DNA from: Bacteroidales bacterium
GTDB taxonomy: Bacteria > Bacteroidota > Bacteroidia > Bacteroidales > WCHB1-69
DNA length: 64,000 nucleotides
Direction of reading: 5' to 3'
NCBI GenBank assembly: GCA_017454945.1
Contig: JAFTCA010000013.1
Coordinates: 60,505-124,504, forward strand
Under the pieces are notes generated by a model. The model was not told where the DNA came from, did not search any database, and saw nothing but the letters and a program-made list of their open reading frames with translations. Position 1 is the first letter of the stretch, and each line of letters starts with the position of its first letter. Shown here piece after piece: positions 63,057 to 64,000 of this stretch. Both the position numbers and the translations under genes were made by a program.

Positions 63057-63131
63057 GGGAGCTTAGCTCAGTTGGTTTAGAGCATCTGCCTTACAAGCAG
63101 AGGGTCATAGGTTCGACTCCTATAGCTCCCA
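63057..63131 (+). tRNA. tRNA-Val (anticodon TAC)
   Basis: Manual cloverleaf: acceptor GGGAGCT/AGCTCCC, D-arm GCTC..GAGC, anticodon stem TCTGC/GCAGA with loop CTTACAA, T-arm ATAGG-TTCGACT-CCTAT. No encoded CCA. Promoter box at 63031 and a terminator downstream. Confidence 0.9.
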
Positions 63132-63132
63132 C

Positions 63133-63169
63133 AAAAAAAGACTCATCATTTTGATGAGTCTTTTTTTTG
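63133..63169 (+). terminator. Rho-independent terminator after tRNA-Val
   Basis: GACTCATC-atttt-GATGAGTC stem followed by T8. Confidence 0.8.
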
Positions 63170-63194
63170 TTTTAGCCCCCCCTACCTGTTTTTA

Positions 63195-63225
63195 GAAATT
63201 CAGAATTCAAAGTTCAAAATTCAAA
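63195..63225. repeat. (A/G)AATTCA-word array
   Basis: Reverse-complement orientation of the TTGAATT words. Abuts the 15-bp hairpin at 63225. Confidence 0.8.
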
Positions 63226-63258
63226 TAATTGAGGCGCGATTTCTCGCGCCTCAATTAT
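63225..63258 (-). terminator. Terminator-like perfect 15-bp hairpin downstream of the minus-strand gene ending at 63270
   Basis: ATAATTGAGGCGCGA-tttc-TCGCGCCTCAATTAT. There is no strong U-run. Confidence 0.45.
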
Positions 63259-63269
63259 ATATCTAACAT

Positions 63270-64000
63270 CTACTTCTGCGTCATGATATCCAGCACCAGA
63301 TTGTCGGTGTCGGCCATGCCGTGCAAACCGATATCTGCCATGTTTTGCACGCATTTTTCTATATCATCGTCAATGATGCCTTCCACCGAAGTGACCGATT
63401 TGTCTTCCACAGCCAGCATGGCCGACAAAACAGCCGTTGATACGCCTGTGGCCACTTTGAGCGAACAACTGGGCTTGGCGCCGTCGCAAATCATACCGGT
63501 AATGTTGGCAATCATATTCTTGATAGCATAAGTGATCTGGTCGTAATTGCCGCCCATGAGATAGGTAATGCCACAAGCGGAACCTGTTGCGGCCACAACA
63601 CAACCGCACAATGGCGACAAGCGGCCAAAACTCTGTTTGATATAAATGACCGTCAAATGGCTCAACATCAAAGCTCTAATTAACTCTTCCTCGGTTTTGA
63701 GACGCTCGGTGGCAAACACCCACACCGGCAACGTGGCGGCGATTCCTTGATTGCCACTGCCCGAATTGCTCATCACAGGCACTTTGGCACCCGCCATACG
63801 GGCATCGCAAGCAGCTGATGTATAAGCCAATATCTTGGCATAGATGCCATCGCCAAAGATTTGCGATTTGGGCTCCATAAAGATGGTTTTACCTAACGCA
63901 TGACCATAATTGCCGCGCAAGGACATTTCGGCTGCTTTGCGGTTCATCTCAGCGGCTTTCAGTATGAAACTAATCTCTTCCAAAGGGGCTGTCATGGCAA
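63270..64000 (-). CDS. UPF0597 / L-cysteine desulfidase-like (serine dehydratase alpha-like) protein, C-terminal part; the gene runs off the window
   Basis: MSNSGSGNQG and CDGAKPSCSLK motifs. The reading frame is open to position 64000, so the listed Met is probably internal. Confidence 0.7.
   Translation of the reverse strand, partial: AMTAPLEEISFILKAAEMNRKAAEMSLRGNYGHALGKTIFMEPKSQIFGDGIYAKILAYTSAACDARMAGAKVPVMSNSGSGNQGIAATLPVWVFATERLKTEEELIRALMLSHLTVIYIKQSFGRLSPLCGCVVAATGSACGITYLMGGNYDQITYAIKNMIANITGMICDGAKPSCSLKVATGVSTAVLSAMLAVEDKSVTSVEGIIDDDIEKCVQNMADIGLHGMADTDNLVLDIMTQK

Noticed and set aside
2436-63225. Considered whether the short tandem word arrays could be degenerate CRISPR arrays or remnants.
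   Set aside because: The units are 7-8 nt and directly abutting, with no unique spacers, no 24-40 nt repeat unit and no cas genes in the window.

Overview
This 64 kb window looks like chromosomal DNA from a Bacteroidota genome, probably Prevotella- or Bacteroides-like. That placement rests on TAnnTTTG promoter boxes, T9SS components and cargo, and roughly 45-50% G+C. About 58 protein genes and one tRNA-Val are packed densely. Most are housekeeping genes: argS, purH, surE, trmB, a phospho-sugar mutase, an MsbA-like ABC exporter and a Dpm1-like GT2. There is a strong type IX secretion theme, with PorQ-like and PorX genes, a type-A CTD multidomain protein, a type-B CTD adhesin and a gingipain-like C25 peptidase. 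One strand carries a metal cluster of OprB-like porin, FeoAB, a Cys-rich peptide, a permease with an HMA domain, and a His-rich CDF. I saw no transposase, integrase, CRISPR array or rRNA. The most unusual signal is non-coding. Intercistronic spacers across the window are built from a small vocabulary of degenerate 7-8 nt tandem words such as TTAGTTG, TTAGACT, GTTAAGAA, AGTGAnn, AATTGTA and TTGAATT. Two paralogous Avd/23S-IVS-type four-helix-bundle ORFs are each bracketed by long inverted arms made of these words; one pair is a perfect 25-26 bp match. A second candidate is an AT-rich three-gene operon (18848-20988) encoding a possible AAG/MPG-like glycosylase fold, a compact agmatine-deiminase/PAD-family enzyme and a Sel1-repeat protein. 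All functional calls come from reading motifs by eye; no database search was run.
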